A stretch of DNA of 54,921 bases from Thermoplasmata archaeon (GCA_034667685.1 JAXDQU010000028.1:1-54921), one strand, 5' to 3'; positions 35,232 through 44,869 are shown, numbered from the stretch's first letter. The notes: generated by a model not told the origin, from the letters alone. Numbers and translations: made by a program.

Positions 35232-36758
35232 CTACGCCCCGCCTTTCCTGGACTTGCTGGCCGCGCCGGGGGTGCTCCTCGTGCGCCGGTCGAGCACGAT
35301 CTCTGGATCTTCAGGCATCTCTTCGACGCTAACGCCTTTGTCGGAGAGGACGAGCTTGTGCACGTCGCTCGAGTGGTTCATGCCGCGCGATTTGACGATG
35401 TAGAGGCCGCGCAGCCGCTTTCGGCCTTGGCTCGTTTCGATCTCTCGGACGACGATCCACGTGTCGATGAGGCTCGACACGCCGATCTCGCCGCTCGTGT
35501 CGTTGAGCGCGGAGGACCCGACGAGGCTTGTGAAGAACGAGGTCACGCGGCGCCGTTTGAGGACGTCGATCATGCGCGTCGTCATGCTTTGGAGCTCGTT
35601 GGGATCGCCTTGGCCAATGAGGCTCGTCAAGGGATCGATGACGACGCTGTCCGGCTTGAAATCGTCAAGCGCTTTGTGGAGCTCAAGCAAGTGATTCTCG
35701 AGGCCCAGCGTCCCGGGTCTCGTGGAGACCAATCTCAAGAGGTCCTTGCTCATCCACTTCCTCAGATCAAGGCCGATGGACTTCATGTTCTGCACGAGCT
35801 GATCGGCCGATTCTTCGTAGCTGACGAAGAGGCATCGCTCGCCGCGCTTGCACGTCGCGATGGCGAAGGCCGCCGCGAGGCTCGTCTTTCCCGTGCCGGC
35901 CGTTCCCGAGGCCAAGATGGTGCTGCCTTTGGCGTACCCGCCGCCCGTGAAGAGCGCATCGAGCGAGGGAATGCCCGTGCTGAGCCGCTGGCCGGAAGCC
36001 GGTTGGTCGAGCGTGGCGCTCGTGATGGGGATGACGCTCAGACCGTCATCGCTGATGACGAAGGGGAACTCGTTGGTCCCATGTCGCGAGCCGCGGTACT
36101 TCACGACTCGGAGGCGCCGGATGGCGACTTGGTCCTTCACGCGATTGTCAAGGAGGATGATGCAGTCGGAGATGTTCTCTTCGAGACCGTGCCGCGTGAA
36201 CTTGTCGGCGCCGGGCTCACCCGTCACGATGGACGTGACGTGCTTCGTCTTCAGCCAGCGGAAGAGCTTCTTGACCTCGAGACGCAAGACGCCGGGGTCA
36301 CGCACACCCGCGAAGAGGGATTCGATCGAGTCGATGACGACGCGCTTGGCGCCAATCGAGTCGATGGCGTGCTCAAGACGCACGAAGATGCCGTCGAGGT
36401 TGAACTCGCCCTCCGTCTGGATCTCGTCCCGGTGGAGCACGACGTGATCGATAACGATCTTCTTCTGCGCGACGATGGGCTTGAGATCCAGGTTGAGGGA
36501 ACCCACGTCGTCGAAGAGCTCCTCGGGCGTCTCCTCGAAGGACATGAACACGCCATTCTCTGCGTGCTCGGTGACGCCCTTGACGACGAAATCGAGCCCG
36601 AGAAGCGTCTTGCCCGAACCGGCGCCTCCGCACACGAGCGTCGTCCGATCCTTCGGGATGCCACCCTGCGTCACTTCGTCGAGACCCTTGATGCCTGTCG
36701 GGCACTTGGGCAGGGCTTTGGGCGTACGCGCGTTCTTCTTGAAAGACGTTCGGGGCAT
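35232..36758 (-). CDS. kaiC: Double-domain KaiC (KaiC2/3-like)
   Basis: Walker A GGAGSGKT and GTAGTGKT; SFEE and SYEE; KYRGSRHG; phosphosite region GVSSLIDTW; KSRGMNHS. Confidence 0.95.
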   Translation of the reverse strand: MPRTSFKKNARTPKALPKCPTGIKGLDEVTQGGIPKDRTTLVCGGAGSGKTLLGLDFVVKGVTEHAENGVFMSFEETPEELFDDVGSLNLDLKPIVAQKKIVIDHVVLHRDEIQTEGEFNLDGIFVRLEHAIDSIGAKRVVIDSIESLFAGVRDPGVLRLEVKKLFRWLKTKHVTSIVTGEPGADKFTRHGLEENISDCIILLDNRVKDQVAIRRLRVVKYRGSRHGTNEFPFVISDDGLSVIPITSATLDQPASGQRLSTGIPSLDALFTGGGYAKGSTILASGTAGTGKTSLAAAFAIATCKRGERCLFVSYEESADQLVQNMKSIGLDLRKWMSKDLLRLVSTRPGTLGLENHLLELHKALDDFKPDSVVIDPLTSLIGQGDPNELQSMTTRMIDVLKRRRVTSFFTSLVGSSALNDTSGEIGVSSLIDTWIVVREIETSQGRKRLRGLYIVKSRGMNHSSDVHKLVLSDKGVSVEEMPEDPEIVLDRRTRSTPGAASKSRKGGA

Positions 36759-36959
36759 GCAGATCACGGCTCGATCTGACGGCAGGTCTTCCCGGTGCGG
36801 ATGGCGAAGCAGCGATTCAGAGAGTCTTTGGGGTACATGGGTCGCACGGAGCGGGGGCTTGGATCCTTTTCTCACGCGGAGGCGTCCTTGCTTTGGCCCA
36901 AGGACCGATGCAGCGCTCAAGCGAGCGCCACGGGCCCCCGGTTTTCTCGCTGCCGAGGG

Positions 36960-37340
36960 ATCGTGGACGGAAGGTCGTTCGCGGACCTGACGCATGCTGT
37001 GGCGCCCTCGGCGGCGGGCCGCTTCGCCTCGGCGCTCCTGTTCATGGGCTTTGGCACCTTCGGACCCGCCTTGTTCATGAGCGCTCTGGCGGAGGCGATG
37101 GAGGGCGAGGTCGCGGCTTCGCCCCGGCCGCCCTTCTGGATGGCGACGGCCCATTCCTCCTGCCCCGCCGGCCTCTTCGTCGGCGCGGGAGCGGGCCGCA
37201 CCGCGCCGGCGGGCGTCGTACTCGGGACGCTCGCCGGCGCCGTCGTGGGCGCCCTCATGGCACGGATGGCAAATGCGGAACGGCCTGGCATGAGTTTGAG
37301 GCTCCACTTGAGCCATGGCCGGCCGCGCCCGACGTTGTAG
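36960..37340 (+). pseudogene. Possible membrane-protein fragment
   Basis: Hydrophobic segments (FASALLFMGFGTFGPALFM; VVLGTLAGAVVGALM) with no clear start, at the island edge. Confidence 0.3.
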
Positions 37341-37437
37341 ATCTCCACAGGAAAAAGTAGGGGTGAGCCTGACTCGGAAGGTTTTCTACGGGTCGGGCAA
37401 TCCGCTCTTAAGCGCGGGAGAGGCTAGCTACTCCGCC

Positions 37438-37644
37438 TTACTTCTTCCCCAGCACGAACATCCCCGTCTCGGTCTGCATCAGGGTGCGGTCCTTGGGGAT
37501 CTCGGTGGTCTTGTTCCAGCCGGGCTTCGTGGCGGTGCGGTCGCCCACGTACATCATGTAGGGGCGCTCCTTGTTGACGAAGATGGCCTTGTCGGCGGGG
37601 AGGTCCTTGAACACCTTGTTGTTCTTCGCGCTGGTCTTCGCCAT
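37438..37644 (-). CDS. Small basic hypothetical protein (68 aa)
   Basis: Near-exclusive G/C third positions; 11 Lys; ATTAAG about 32 nt upstream. Confidence 0.8.
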   Translation of the reverse strand: MAKTSAKNNKVFKDLPADKAIFVNKERPYMMYVGDRTATKPGWNKTTEIPKDRTLMQTETGMFVLGKK

Positions 37645-37778
37645 GGCGGATCAGGGGCGGAGGCGAACGCTCCAGCTTAATCCCCGCCGGTCCGCGCCGC
37701 AACCCCCATCCCCCGGTTCCGGTGGAATGCTTGCTGGGGTTTTTCCCAGCCTGGGGGGCATGGGGGCCCGGCTTCGCC

Positions 37779-38618
37779 ATGTCCCGCGCTCCGATCCTCC
37801 TCGCCTCGCTCCTGCTCCTCGCGCCGCTGCTCGCGGGCTGCGCGACCAACAACGGCTCGCCCGCGGCCAGCAGCACGCCGGCCTCGTCCACGGTCGCCTC
37901 GTCCACCCCCGCCTCCTCGACGCCCGTCTCCTCGACCCCGGCCAGCGGCCTGGGCACGGTGAAGGTGGGGACGGAGGCCGACTATCCGCCCTTCGAGGAC
38001 ACGACGAGCGACGGCAAGATCGTGGGTTTCGACATCGACGTCATGAAGGAGGTCGCCAACCGGTCGGGCTTCCAGGTCTCGTTCCAGAACGCGCAGTTCC
38101 AGGCGATCATCCCCTCGATCCAGAGCGGCCAGTTCGACATGGGCGCCAGCGCGTTCACGATCACGGACGAGCGCAAGCAGCAGGTGGACTTCTCGGTCCC
38201 CTACTACGACAACGACCTCCAGGTCGCGGTGCGCGCGGACGAGGGCAGCATCACGAAGGAGTCGGACCTCCCGGCGCACAAGGTGTGCACGCAGACGGGC
38301 ACCACGAGCGAGACGTGGCTCCTGGATCACCACCAGCCCAACGCGAGCATCGTGCGCTTCGACGCGTTCCCGCCGTGCGCGGACGCGCTCAAGCGCGGCG
38401 ACGTCGACGCGATGATGATCGACCAGGCCACGGTGCGCGACCTCGTGCAAAAGTCCAACGGCGCGCTCAAGAACGCGTTCCTCATCACGACCGGCGAGCA
38501 GTTCGGCTTCCCCGTGAAGAAGGGGAGCGCGGCGCTGCTCACCGCGATCAACGCCGCGCTCGTCGCGATGAAGCAGGACGGCACGCTGGACCGGATGGCC
38601 CAGCAGTGGTCGGTGTGA
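37779..38618 (+). CDS. Polar amino acid ABC transporter substrate-binding lipoprotein
   Basis: LAG-C lipobox; ASSTP repeats; YPPFE, GFDID, TITDERKQQVDFSVPY. Confidence 0.94.
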   Translation: MSRAPILLASLLLLAPLLAGCATNNGSPAASSTPASSTVASSTPASSTPVSSTPASGLGTVKVGTEADYPPFEDTTSDGKIVGFDIDVMKEVANRSGFQVSFQNAQFQAIIPSIQSGQFDMGASAFTITDERKQQVDFSVPYYDNDLQVAVRADEGSITKESDLPAHKVCTQTGTTSETWLLDHHQPNASIVRFDAFPPCADALKRGDVDAMMIDQATVRDLVQKSNGALKNAFLITTGEQFGFPVKKGSAALLTAINAALVAMKQDGTLDRMAQQWSV

Positions 38619-39889
38619 GGCTCCGGCTCCTCCTGCTCGCGGCGCTCGTGGCGTTCCCCGCGGCCGCGGCGCAGGCGGCGGCCGGCCCGCTGGCGTACTT
38701 CGAGGTCTCGCCCTCGCAGACCGCGACGGGGAAGACGGTCGTGGCGGACGCCTCGCTCTCCCGCGGCGCGGCCGAGTACGCCTGGCGCTGGAGCGCGGCG
38801 GAAAGCTATCAGCCCGGCAACGTCACGGAGACCCACGCGTACCGCGACGCGGGCGTCTTCGAGATCGGCCTGCGCGTCACCGACGGCGCGGGGCGCGTGG
38901 CGTTCGCCAACCAGAGCGTGCTCGTCGAGGGCTCGCGCCCCAGCGCGTACTTCACGTTCGACCAGCAGACGCCGCAGGGTCCGGGGCTCCACGTCGTCGT
39001 CAACGCGACGTTCAGCGAGCCCTCGCGCGGCGCGAAGCGCATCGCGCGCTATCATTGGGCGTGGGGCGACGACACGCCCGGCTACGACGGCAACGTCACC
39101 GAGACGCACGACTACGCCTCCATCGGCCAGTACAAGGTCACGCTCACCGTGACCGACGACGCCGGCCGCAGCGCGCTCACCAACAACTCGCTCACCGTCA
39201 AGTCCACGTTCCTCACGCGCATGCTGGAGGTCTGGCAGTTCCGCAGCTTCTTCCTCCAGGGCGCGAAGCTCACCGTGGAGCTCGCCATCGTGACCACGCT
39301 GGTCGGCTTCGTGCTCGCGCTCGCCCTCGCGACGATGCGCATCAGCCGGCTGCCGTTCCTCCGGTGGCCCGCGGCCGTCTACATCGAGTTCATCCGCGGC
39401 ACGCCGCTGCTCGTGCAGGTCCTCGTCGCGTGGCTCGTGCTCCCCGAGCTGGGGCTGAAGCTCCCGATCCTCTGGGCCGGTGGGCTCGCGCTCATCGTCA
39501 ACACGAGCGCCTACCAGGCCGAGGCGATCCGCGCGGGCATCCAGTCGATCCCCACGGGCCAGATGGAGGCCGCGACGAGCCTGGGCATGACGAACCTCCA
39601 GGCGATGCGCCACATCATCCTGCCCCAGGCGTTCCGCCTGACGCTCCCCGCGCTGGGCAACGAGTTCATCATCCTGCTCAAGGACACGAGCCTCGTGGGC
39701 GTCATCGGCGTCGTCGAGCTGGCGCAGGCGGCCCGCATCATCAGCGCGCGCACGTTCCTCGTGCTGGAGACGTTCCTCCTGGCCGCGCTGATCTACTTCG
39801 TCATGACGTACGCGCTCTCCACGGGACTGCGATGGCTGGAGAAGCGGCTCGCGATCCCGGGCATGGGCGTCACGGGGGCGAGCCCGTGA
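38615..39889 (+). CDS. Amino acid ABC permease fused to two N-terminal PKD domains
   Basis: PKD motifs (YAWRW...[22 protein letters not shown]...[15 protein letters not shown]), then [19 protein letters not shown]. Confidence 0.92.
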   Translation: MRLRLLLLAALVAFPAAAAQAAAGPLAYFEVSPSQTATGKTVVADASLSRGAAEYAWRWSAAESYQPGNVTETHAYRDAGVFEIGLRVTDGAGRVAFANQSVLVEGSRPSAYFTFDQQTPQGPGLHVVVNATFSEPSRGAKRIARYHWAWGDDTPGYDGNVTETHDYASIGQYKVTLTVTDDAGRSALTNNSLTVKSTFLTRMLEVWQFRSFFLQGAKLTVELAIVTTLVGFVLALALATMRISRLPFLRWPAAVYIEFIRGTPLLVQVLVAWLVLPELGLKLPILWAGGLALIVNTSAYQAEAIRAGIQSIPTGQMEAATSLGMTNLQAMRHIILPQAFRLTLPALGNEFIILLKDTSLVGVIGVVELAQAARIISARTFLVLETFLLAALIYFVMTYALSTGLRWLEKRLAIPGMGVTGASP

Positions 39890-39906
39890 TCGTTCGCGTG
39901 ACCCCG

Positions 39907-39989
39907 CCTGGAACCCGAGGACCCGAAGACCCGAGAACCCGATGCGAATCCAGGTCGTCGGGTCCGCGGGTCCTCGGGTTTCCTCCAGG
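39907..39989. repeat. Palindrome built from 8-nt ACCCGAnn units inside the ABC operon
   Basis: ACCCGAGG ACCCGAAG ACCCGAGA ACCCGATG ... TCGGGTCC GCGGGTCC TCGGGTT. Confidence 0.8.
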
Positions 39990-40013
39990 GTCGCGCAGCG
40001 TGGAGGCGCCACG

Positions 40014-40745
40014 ATGCCATTGATCGACGCCCGGAACGTCCGCAAGCGCTTCGGCGCGAACGAGGTGCTCAAGGGCGTCGACCTCGTGGTCGAGGCGGGG
40101 CAGGTCGTGTGCGTCATCGGCCCCTCGGGCTGCGGCAAGAGCACGCTCCTGCGCTGCCTCACGCGGCTCGTGGAGGCGGACGCGGGCGACATCGTCCTGG
40201 ACGGCATCGACGTTCGGCGCCGGGACGCCGACATCCGGAAGGTGCGCGAAGGGTTCGTGATGGTCTTCCAGCAGTTCAACCTCTTCCCGCACCTGCGCGT
40301 GCGCGAGAACATCACGCTGCCGCTGCGCGAGGTGCTCGGCCTCTCGCGCGAGGAGTCGGAGCAGCGCGCCCGCGACGTGCTCGCGCGCGTGGGGCTCGCC
40401 GACAAGGAGGACGAATATCCGGGCCGGCTCTCCGGGGGCCAGCAGCAGCGCGTCGCCATCGCCCGCGCCATCGCGATGCAGCCCCGCGCGATCCTCTTCG
40501 ACGAGCCCACGAGCGCGCTCGACCCCGAGCTGACGGGCGAGGTGCTGCGCGTCATGCGCAAGCTCGCGGAGGAGGGGCTCACGATGGTCGTCGTGACGCA
40601 CGAGATGGGCTTCGCGCGCGACGTCGCGGACCGCGTGATGTTCATGGAGGCCGGGCTCGTCGTCGAGGAGGGCCCGCCCGCGCAGGTGCTGGAGCAGCCC
40701 AAGCACGCGCGGACGCGCGAGTTCCTGGCGCGATATCTGCGGTAG
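40014..40745 (+). CDS. Amino acid ABC transporter ATP-binding protein (GlnQ-like)
   Basis: [36 protein letters not shown]. Confidence 0.95.
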   Translation: MPLIDARNVRKRFGANEVLKGVDLVVEAGQVVCVIGPSGCGKSTLLRCLTRLVEADAGDIVLDGIDVRRRDADIRKVREGFVMVFQQFNLFPHLRVRENITLPLREVLGLSREESEQRARDVLARVGLADKEDEYPGRLSGGQQQRVAIARAIAMQPRAILFDEPTSALDPELTGEVLRVMRKLAEEGLTMVVVTHEMGFARDVADRVMFMEAGLVVEEGPPAQVLEQPKHARTREFLARYLR

Positions 40746-40853
40746 GGCCACTCTGCGACGCGGAAGACGGATTCCGGGAAGCCCACGCACGGCCCCTCGC
40801 GCGCCGGCTCTTCGGGCGCGAAGCTTCTTGACGAGCGCGCGCCACTCCCCCGC

Positions 40854-41321
40854 GTGGCCCGTCCGCTGCGCGTCGGCGATCCGCTCCCCGCCTTCGCGGC
40901 GCAGGAGGCCGATGGCCGGACGTGGACGGAGCGCGACGTCGCGGGCCGCGCGTTCGTGCTTTACTTCTACCCCAAGGACGAGACGCCGGGCTGCATCGTG
41001 GAGGCGTGCGCGTACCGCGACGCGTGGGACGACTTCCAGGCCGCCGGCGTGCTCGTGATCGGCGTGTCGCGCGACGACCTCGACGCGCACCGGCGCTTCG
41101 TCGCGCACCGCATGCTCCCCTTCACGCTGCTCTCGGACGGCGAGGGCGCGATGCACGATGCGTTCGGCGCGACAATGCTCGGCGGCCTGCCGCGGCGCGT
41201 GAGCTATCTGTTCGGTCCCGATGGTCGGGTCGCGGCGGTCTTCGACTCCCACCTTCGGCCCGAGGCGCACGCGCACAAGATGCTGGATGCGGCGCGCCAC
41301 CTCGGCTTTGCTCGTGCTTAG
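40854..41321 (+). CDS. bcp: Peroxiredoxin (BCP/PrxQ)
   Basis: YFYPKDETPGCIVEAC. Confidence 0.9.
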   Translation: MARPLRVGDPLPAFAAQEADGRTWTERDVAGRAFVLYFYPKDETPGCIVEACAYRDAWDDFQAAGVLVIGVSRDDLDAHRRFVAHRMLPFTLLSDGEGAMHDAFGATMLGGLPRRVSYLFGPDGRVAAVFDSHLRPEAHAHKMLDAARHLGFARA

Positions 41322-41328
41322 CGCCCTT

Positions 41329-41413
41329 TCCTCCAGCCACAGAGGACACAGAGGTCACAGAGGACGATTAAGGAACGGCCTCTGTGTCCTCTGTGTCCAC
41401 CGGGGCTGGAGGA
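41329..41413. repeat. Palindrome built from 9-nt CACAGAGGn units (copy 1)
   Basis: CCTCCAGCCACAGAGGACACAGAGGTCACAGAGG...CCTCTGTGTCCTCTGTG...GGCTGGAGG. Confidence 0.85.
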
Positions 41414-41435
41414 GCAAACCGGCAAACAAGCAAGG

Positions 41436-43649
41436 TCAGCCGAAGTCGAACAGCTTGACCTGCTTCGTGGGACGCCAATCGATATCAAGGCGATCCAGCA
41501 CGGTCTCGACCAGCCCCTTGTAATAGTCTCGGTCGAGCCGCTTGTACGCCTCGGGCGTGGGCGGCTCGTAGCCCTGGGAGGTCTTGACGTACTCGAACTG
41601 CTCGCCCTTCTTGACGTCGCGGCCGTACATCTGCTGGTACTTGCGGGCGACCTGCGCGCCCACGGCGTTCTCGGCGGCGTAGTCGTCGAGCGATTTGCCC
41701 AGCCGCACGCGCATCACGAAGTCCTCGGGCGCGTACTGCTCCAGGTTGAACGCCTCGCGGCCGATGAGCTTGGGGTCGCCCTTGCGCGTGAGCAGCGCCT
41801 CGGAGACGGCGGCGAGCGTCTTGTCGAACACGCCGCACTGGCTGGAGCCCTTGAAGGCGACGCCGTGCTTCTCGATGCGGCCGTCGTGGTGCAGCAGGAG
41901 GTACGACTTCCGCTCGTGGAAATAGCCCGCCTTGTACGAGTCCATCTCGAGGCGCATGAAGTTCTCGCCGCCCAGCTCGTGCTGCACGAACTGCTCGACG
42001 AGCCGGTTGATGCCCTCGACGTCGACGGGCTTCGCGGTGTAGATGCCGTCGGTGTCGGTCTCGACCTTGCCCTCGCCGATGAACTCCTCGCACACGCGGA
42101 TCAGGCGCCGGGCGACGCCCACGATGGCGACGGCGACGGGGAGCGAGCCGTAGCGCGAGAAGGCGCTCGCCATGTTGCCGTAAATCGAGTTGAGGACGAC
42201 CTTGATGACGTTCTGCTGCGCGCCAAGCCGCTCGCGCTCGTCGGGGTCGGTGGTCTCCTTGGCCTTCTTCTTCAGCTCCATCCTGAGCTTCAGGAGGCGG
42301 CGCATCTCCAGCGCCATCGGGGAGACGCCGTCGATCTCCACGAGGAGGTTGACGCCGCGCGACTCGTCGGGGATGCTGTAGACGCGCTTGCCGTCGACCT
42401 TCTTCTGCGAGAGCGTCTTGGTGAGCGCCTCGGTGCCCACGAAGCGGGTGTTGTCCGCGCCCGCGCCCAGGCTCACCATGATGCTGGGGTACATCGACGA
42501 GAAGTCGACCTTCCACATGGGCTCGAAGAGGCCGCGCTGGTAGATCTCGACGATCCCGCCGACGAACGCGACGCCGCCGGTCTGCCCGAAGAGGTCCTTG
42601 TAGCGCTCCTCGTTGGTGCCGTCGCTGACGATGCGCGGCTCCGCGTTCCGGAAGACGCGCCCCTGGAGGATGTTGGTGTGGAAGATGCTCGTGCTGCGCA
42701 GGACGACGTTGAGCGGCGCGCCGTAGAACTCCGCGAGCGCGATGAAGTTGCGCCAGTAGATGCGCGCGAGGTTGCGCGTCAGCATCACGTCGTTCTTGTT
42801 GTACTTCGCGAGGCGCTCCGTCCCCACGAGCGCGCGCAGGTCGGTGACGTCCTCCTTCACGACGGGGTACTTCATCCACGCCGCGACGGTCTTCAGCTTG
42901 AGGTCCTTGATGCCGTGCAGCGTCTGGTCGAGCTTGACGCTGGTGAACACGTCGTAGACGAGCCGCCCGTCGAGCGTGATCTCGTCGTCCTCGCCTTCCA
43001 TGGGCGGGCGGCCGCTGCGCGCGAGCCGGCGCGTGTCGAGCCCGTTGACCCGCAGGCGCTTGAGGATCATGGGCAGGTCGTAGCCCGTGACGTTGTAGCC
43101 CGCGATCACGTCGGGGTCGAGCGTCTCGACGGCCTTGAGGAAGGCATCGAGGATGTCGGTGTCCGTCTTGCCGTCGCCCATGACGCACACGGGCTCGGCC
43201 TCGTCCAGCGCCCAGGCGATCGCGATGAGCGGGTCCTTCTCGGTGGGGAAGCCCTGGCCGCTGCTGAGCTGCTCGACGTCGAGGTACATCAGGCGCGGCG
43301 CGCGGCCCAGCGGGAAGCGCGTGAAGAACGCGGGCTCGTCCATGAGCACGCGCTCGACGAACGCGACGTGGTTCTCCGCCATCTCCAGCGCGCGCTCCTC
43401 GCGGTTCATGTCGGAGACGCCGCGCACGGTCGGGAAGTCGTACTGGTACCACGTCTGCGCCTTGAGCGACGAGACGGGCCGGACCGTGACCTCCTTGATG
43501 GCGGTCGCGTAGGGCATGTCGCGCTTGCGCTTCGCGTAGCAGTACGGCTGGAAGGGCGCCGCGACGCGCTCCATCCCCTTGCCGCTCCAGACGTCCAGGT
43601 ACTGGCGGTCCTGGCTGATGCTGCGGAACGCCGCGAGCGGGACTTGCAC
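41436..43649 (-). CDS. polB: Family B DNA polymerase (intact exonuclease and polymerase motifs, non-canonical subtype)
   Basis: ExoI LDVE, ExoII GYNVTGYD, ExoIII YNKNDV; DFSSMYPS, KVVLNSIYG, ETDTDG. Confidence 0.93.
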   Translation of the reverse strand: MQVPLAAFRSISQDRQYLDVWSGKGMERVAAPFQPYCYAKRKRDMPYATAIKEVTVRPVSSLKAQTWYQYDFPTVRGVSDMNREERALEMAENHVAFVERVLMDEPAFFTRFPLGRAPRLMYLDVEQLSSGQGFPTEKDPLIAIAWALDEAEPVCVMGDGKTDTDILDAFLKAVETLDPDVIAGYNVTGYDLPMILKRLRVNGLDTRRLARSGRPPMEGEDDEITLDGRLVYDVFTSVKLDQTLHGIKDLKLKTVAAWMKYPVVKEDVTDLRALVGTERLAKYNKNDVMLTRNLARIYWRNFIALAEFYGAPLNVVLRSTSIFHTNILQGRVFRNAEPRIVSDGTNEERYKDLFGQTGGVAFVGGIVEIYQRGLFEPMWKVDFSSMYPSIMVSLGAGADNTRFVGTEALTKTLSQKKVDGKRVYSIPDESRGVNLLVEIDGVSPMALEMRRLLKLRMELKKKAKETTDPDERERLGAQQNVIKVVLNSIYGNMASAFSRYGSLPVAVAIVGVARRLIRVCEEFIGEGKVETDTDGIYTAKPVDVEGINRLVEQFVQHELGGENFMRLEMDSYKAGYFHERKSYLLLHHDGRIEKHGVAFKGSSQCGVFDKTLAAVSEALLTRKGDPKLIGREAFNLEQYAPEDFVMRVRLGKSLDDYAAENAVGAQVARKYQQMYGRDVKKGEQFEYVKTSQGYEPPTPEAYKRLDRDYYKGLVETVLDRLDIDWRPTKQVKLFDFG

Positions 43650-43761
43650 GGCCGCGGGAGGGGGCGCCTCGCGCTAAAGCGTTGCTTCGGAGACCCCTGC
43701 GGAACCAAGACGTAGGGCATCGCCCTGGCGGATGCCCGATGCTGTTCGCCGCGCCGCCCTT

Positions 43762-43843
43762 CGCTCCGCATGCGGGGACGCGGAGGTCGCGGGAATCGCG
43801 GTGGCCGAGGCTCCGCGGCCTCCGCGTCTCCGCATGCGGAGCG
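43762..43843. repeat. 31-bp-arm hairpin in the polB/nuclease divergent spacer
   Basis: CGCTCCGCATGCGGGGACGCGGAGGTCGCGG vs CCGCGGCCTCCGCGTCTCCGCATGCGGAGCG; both mismatches are G-U on +. Confidence 0.85.
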
Positions 43844-43854
43844 GGAGGCGCGCC

Positions 43855-44388
43855 ATGACCGCGACCCGCCTGATGGAGTGCGCGCGGTGCAACGTGCTCG
43901 TCCACGCCGCGGCCACGGGCAAGTCCATCTGCCCCGAGTGCCGCCGCCCGCTCGCGCCCGGCCTGCGCGACGTAGGGTTCCACGACGACCCGCGCGTCTA
44001 CGGCGTGCCCGGCGAGCCGTACGTTCCCGAGCCCGATTCCGCGTCCGAGCCCCGGAAGGCGCCCAAGCTGCGCTGCGCCGACGGGCACCGCGTCCGCAGC
44101 AGGCCGGAACGCGCCGTGGACGACTGGCTCCACCAGAACGGCATCCTGCACGAGCTGGAGCCGATCCTCAAGGGCATGCGCCCCGACTGGCGCGTCGGCT
44201 CCGTCTACATCGAGATGTGGGGTCTCAAGGGCCAGCAGGGGTACGAGACGCGCCGCGCGCAGAAGCTGGCGCTCTACCGCAAGCGGAAGCTCCGGCTCGT
44301 CGAGCTCTTTCCCGAGGACGTGGAGGACCTGGAGCCCAAGCTCGGCTTCCTCCGTGGCGTGCGCGCAGGGTTGACGCGCTGGGAATGA
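43855..44388 (+). CDS. Zn-ribbon plus PD-(D/E)XK-like nuclease domain protein
   Basis: CARC...CPEC; DGHRVRSRPE..VDDWL...RPDW...YIEMWG...K..LY. Confidence 0.8.
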   Translation: MTATRLMECARCNVLVHAAATGKSICPECRRPLAPGLRDVGFHDDPRVYGVPGEPYVPEPDSASEPRKAPKLRCADGHRVRSRPERAVDDWLHQNGILHELEPILKGMRPDWRVGSVYIEMWGLKGQQGYETRRAQKLALYRKRKLRLVELFPEDVEDLEPKLGFLRGVRAGLTRWE

Positions 44389-44401
44389 GATACACGCCGC
44401 G

Positions 44402-44869
44402 ATGCCGGCGATCGAGGAGATTGTGCGCGAGATCGGCGCGATGGAAGGCGTGGCGACCGTTGTGGGTGAAGGTGTAGGCGAGGGCGCCTGGTTCTTCTTC
44501 TACGACCCGCGGCGCGACCAGGACCCCACGAAGCGGCAGCCGTTCGCGACGGTCGTCACGCGCGACGACTTCGACGCGGGCGCCTCGGCCCTCGAAGCGC
44601 GCGGCGCGTTCCGCGTGAACCTCGGCGTGAAGCCCGAGACGTACCGCGCCCGGTTCGGCCCGCTGCCGGCCTGGAACCGCAGCGGCGGCGCGGTCGAGAC
44701 GGGGCACGACCACGCGAGGGAGGACGTGCTGCTGCCGCACCCGGTGTACGCGCCCATGGGCTGGGTGTGCGTCGTGAACCCCTCGGACGCGACGTGGCGA
44801 GCCTTGCGTCCGCTGCTGGAAGAGGCGTACGAGACGCAGCGCCGGCACGTCACCGCTGGCCGAACCTGA
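44402..44869 (+). CDS. DUF6194-like hypothetical protein
   Basis: FFFYDP...PFATVV...FRVNLGV...LLPHPVYAPMGWVCVVNP. Confidence 0.75.
   Translation: MPAIEEIVREIGAMEGVATVVGEGVGEGAWFFFYDPRRDQDPTKRQPFATVVTRDDFDAGASALEARGAFRVNLGVKPETYRARFGPLPAWNRSGGAVETGHDHAREDVLLPHPVYAPMGWVCVVNPSDATWRALRPLLEEAYETQRRHVTAGRT

Noticed and set aside
36759-37316. 186-aa N-terminal extension of KaiC in the ORF track
   Set aside because: Low-complexity Arg/Ala/Gly sequence; KaiC homology begins after ATG 36758.
37860-37945. ASSTP tandem repeats as a DNA repeat element
   Set aside because: Ordinary Ser/Thr/Pro linker of a lipoprotein.
41338-41395. Short repeats as a mini-CRISPR array
   Set aside because: 9-nt units without spacers, inverted arrangement, no cas genes.
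41436-44869. Provirus or casposon around polB
   Set aside because: No integrase, Cas1, capsid or terminal repeats; codon usage is host-like.
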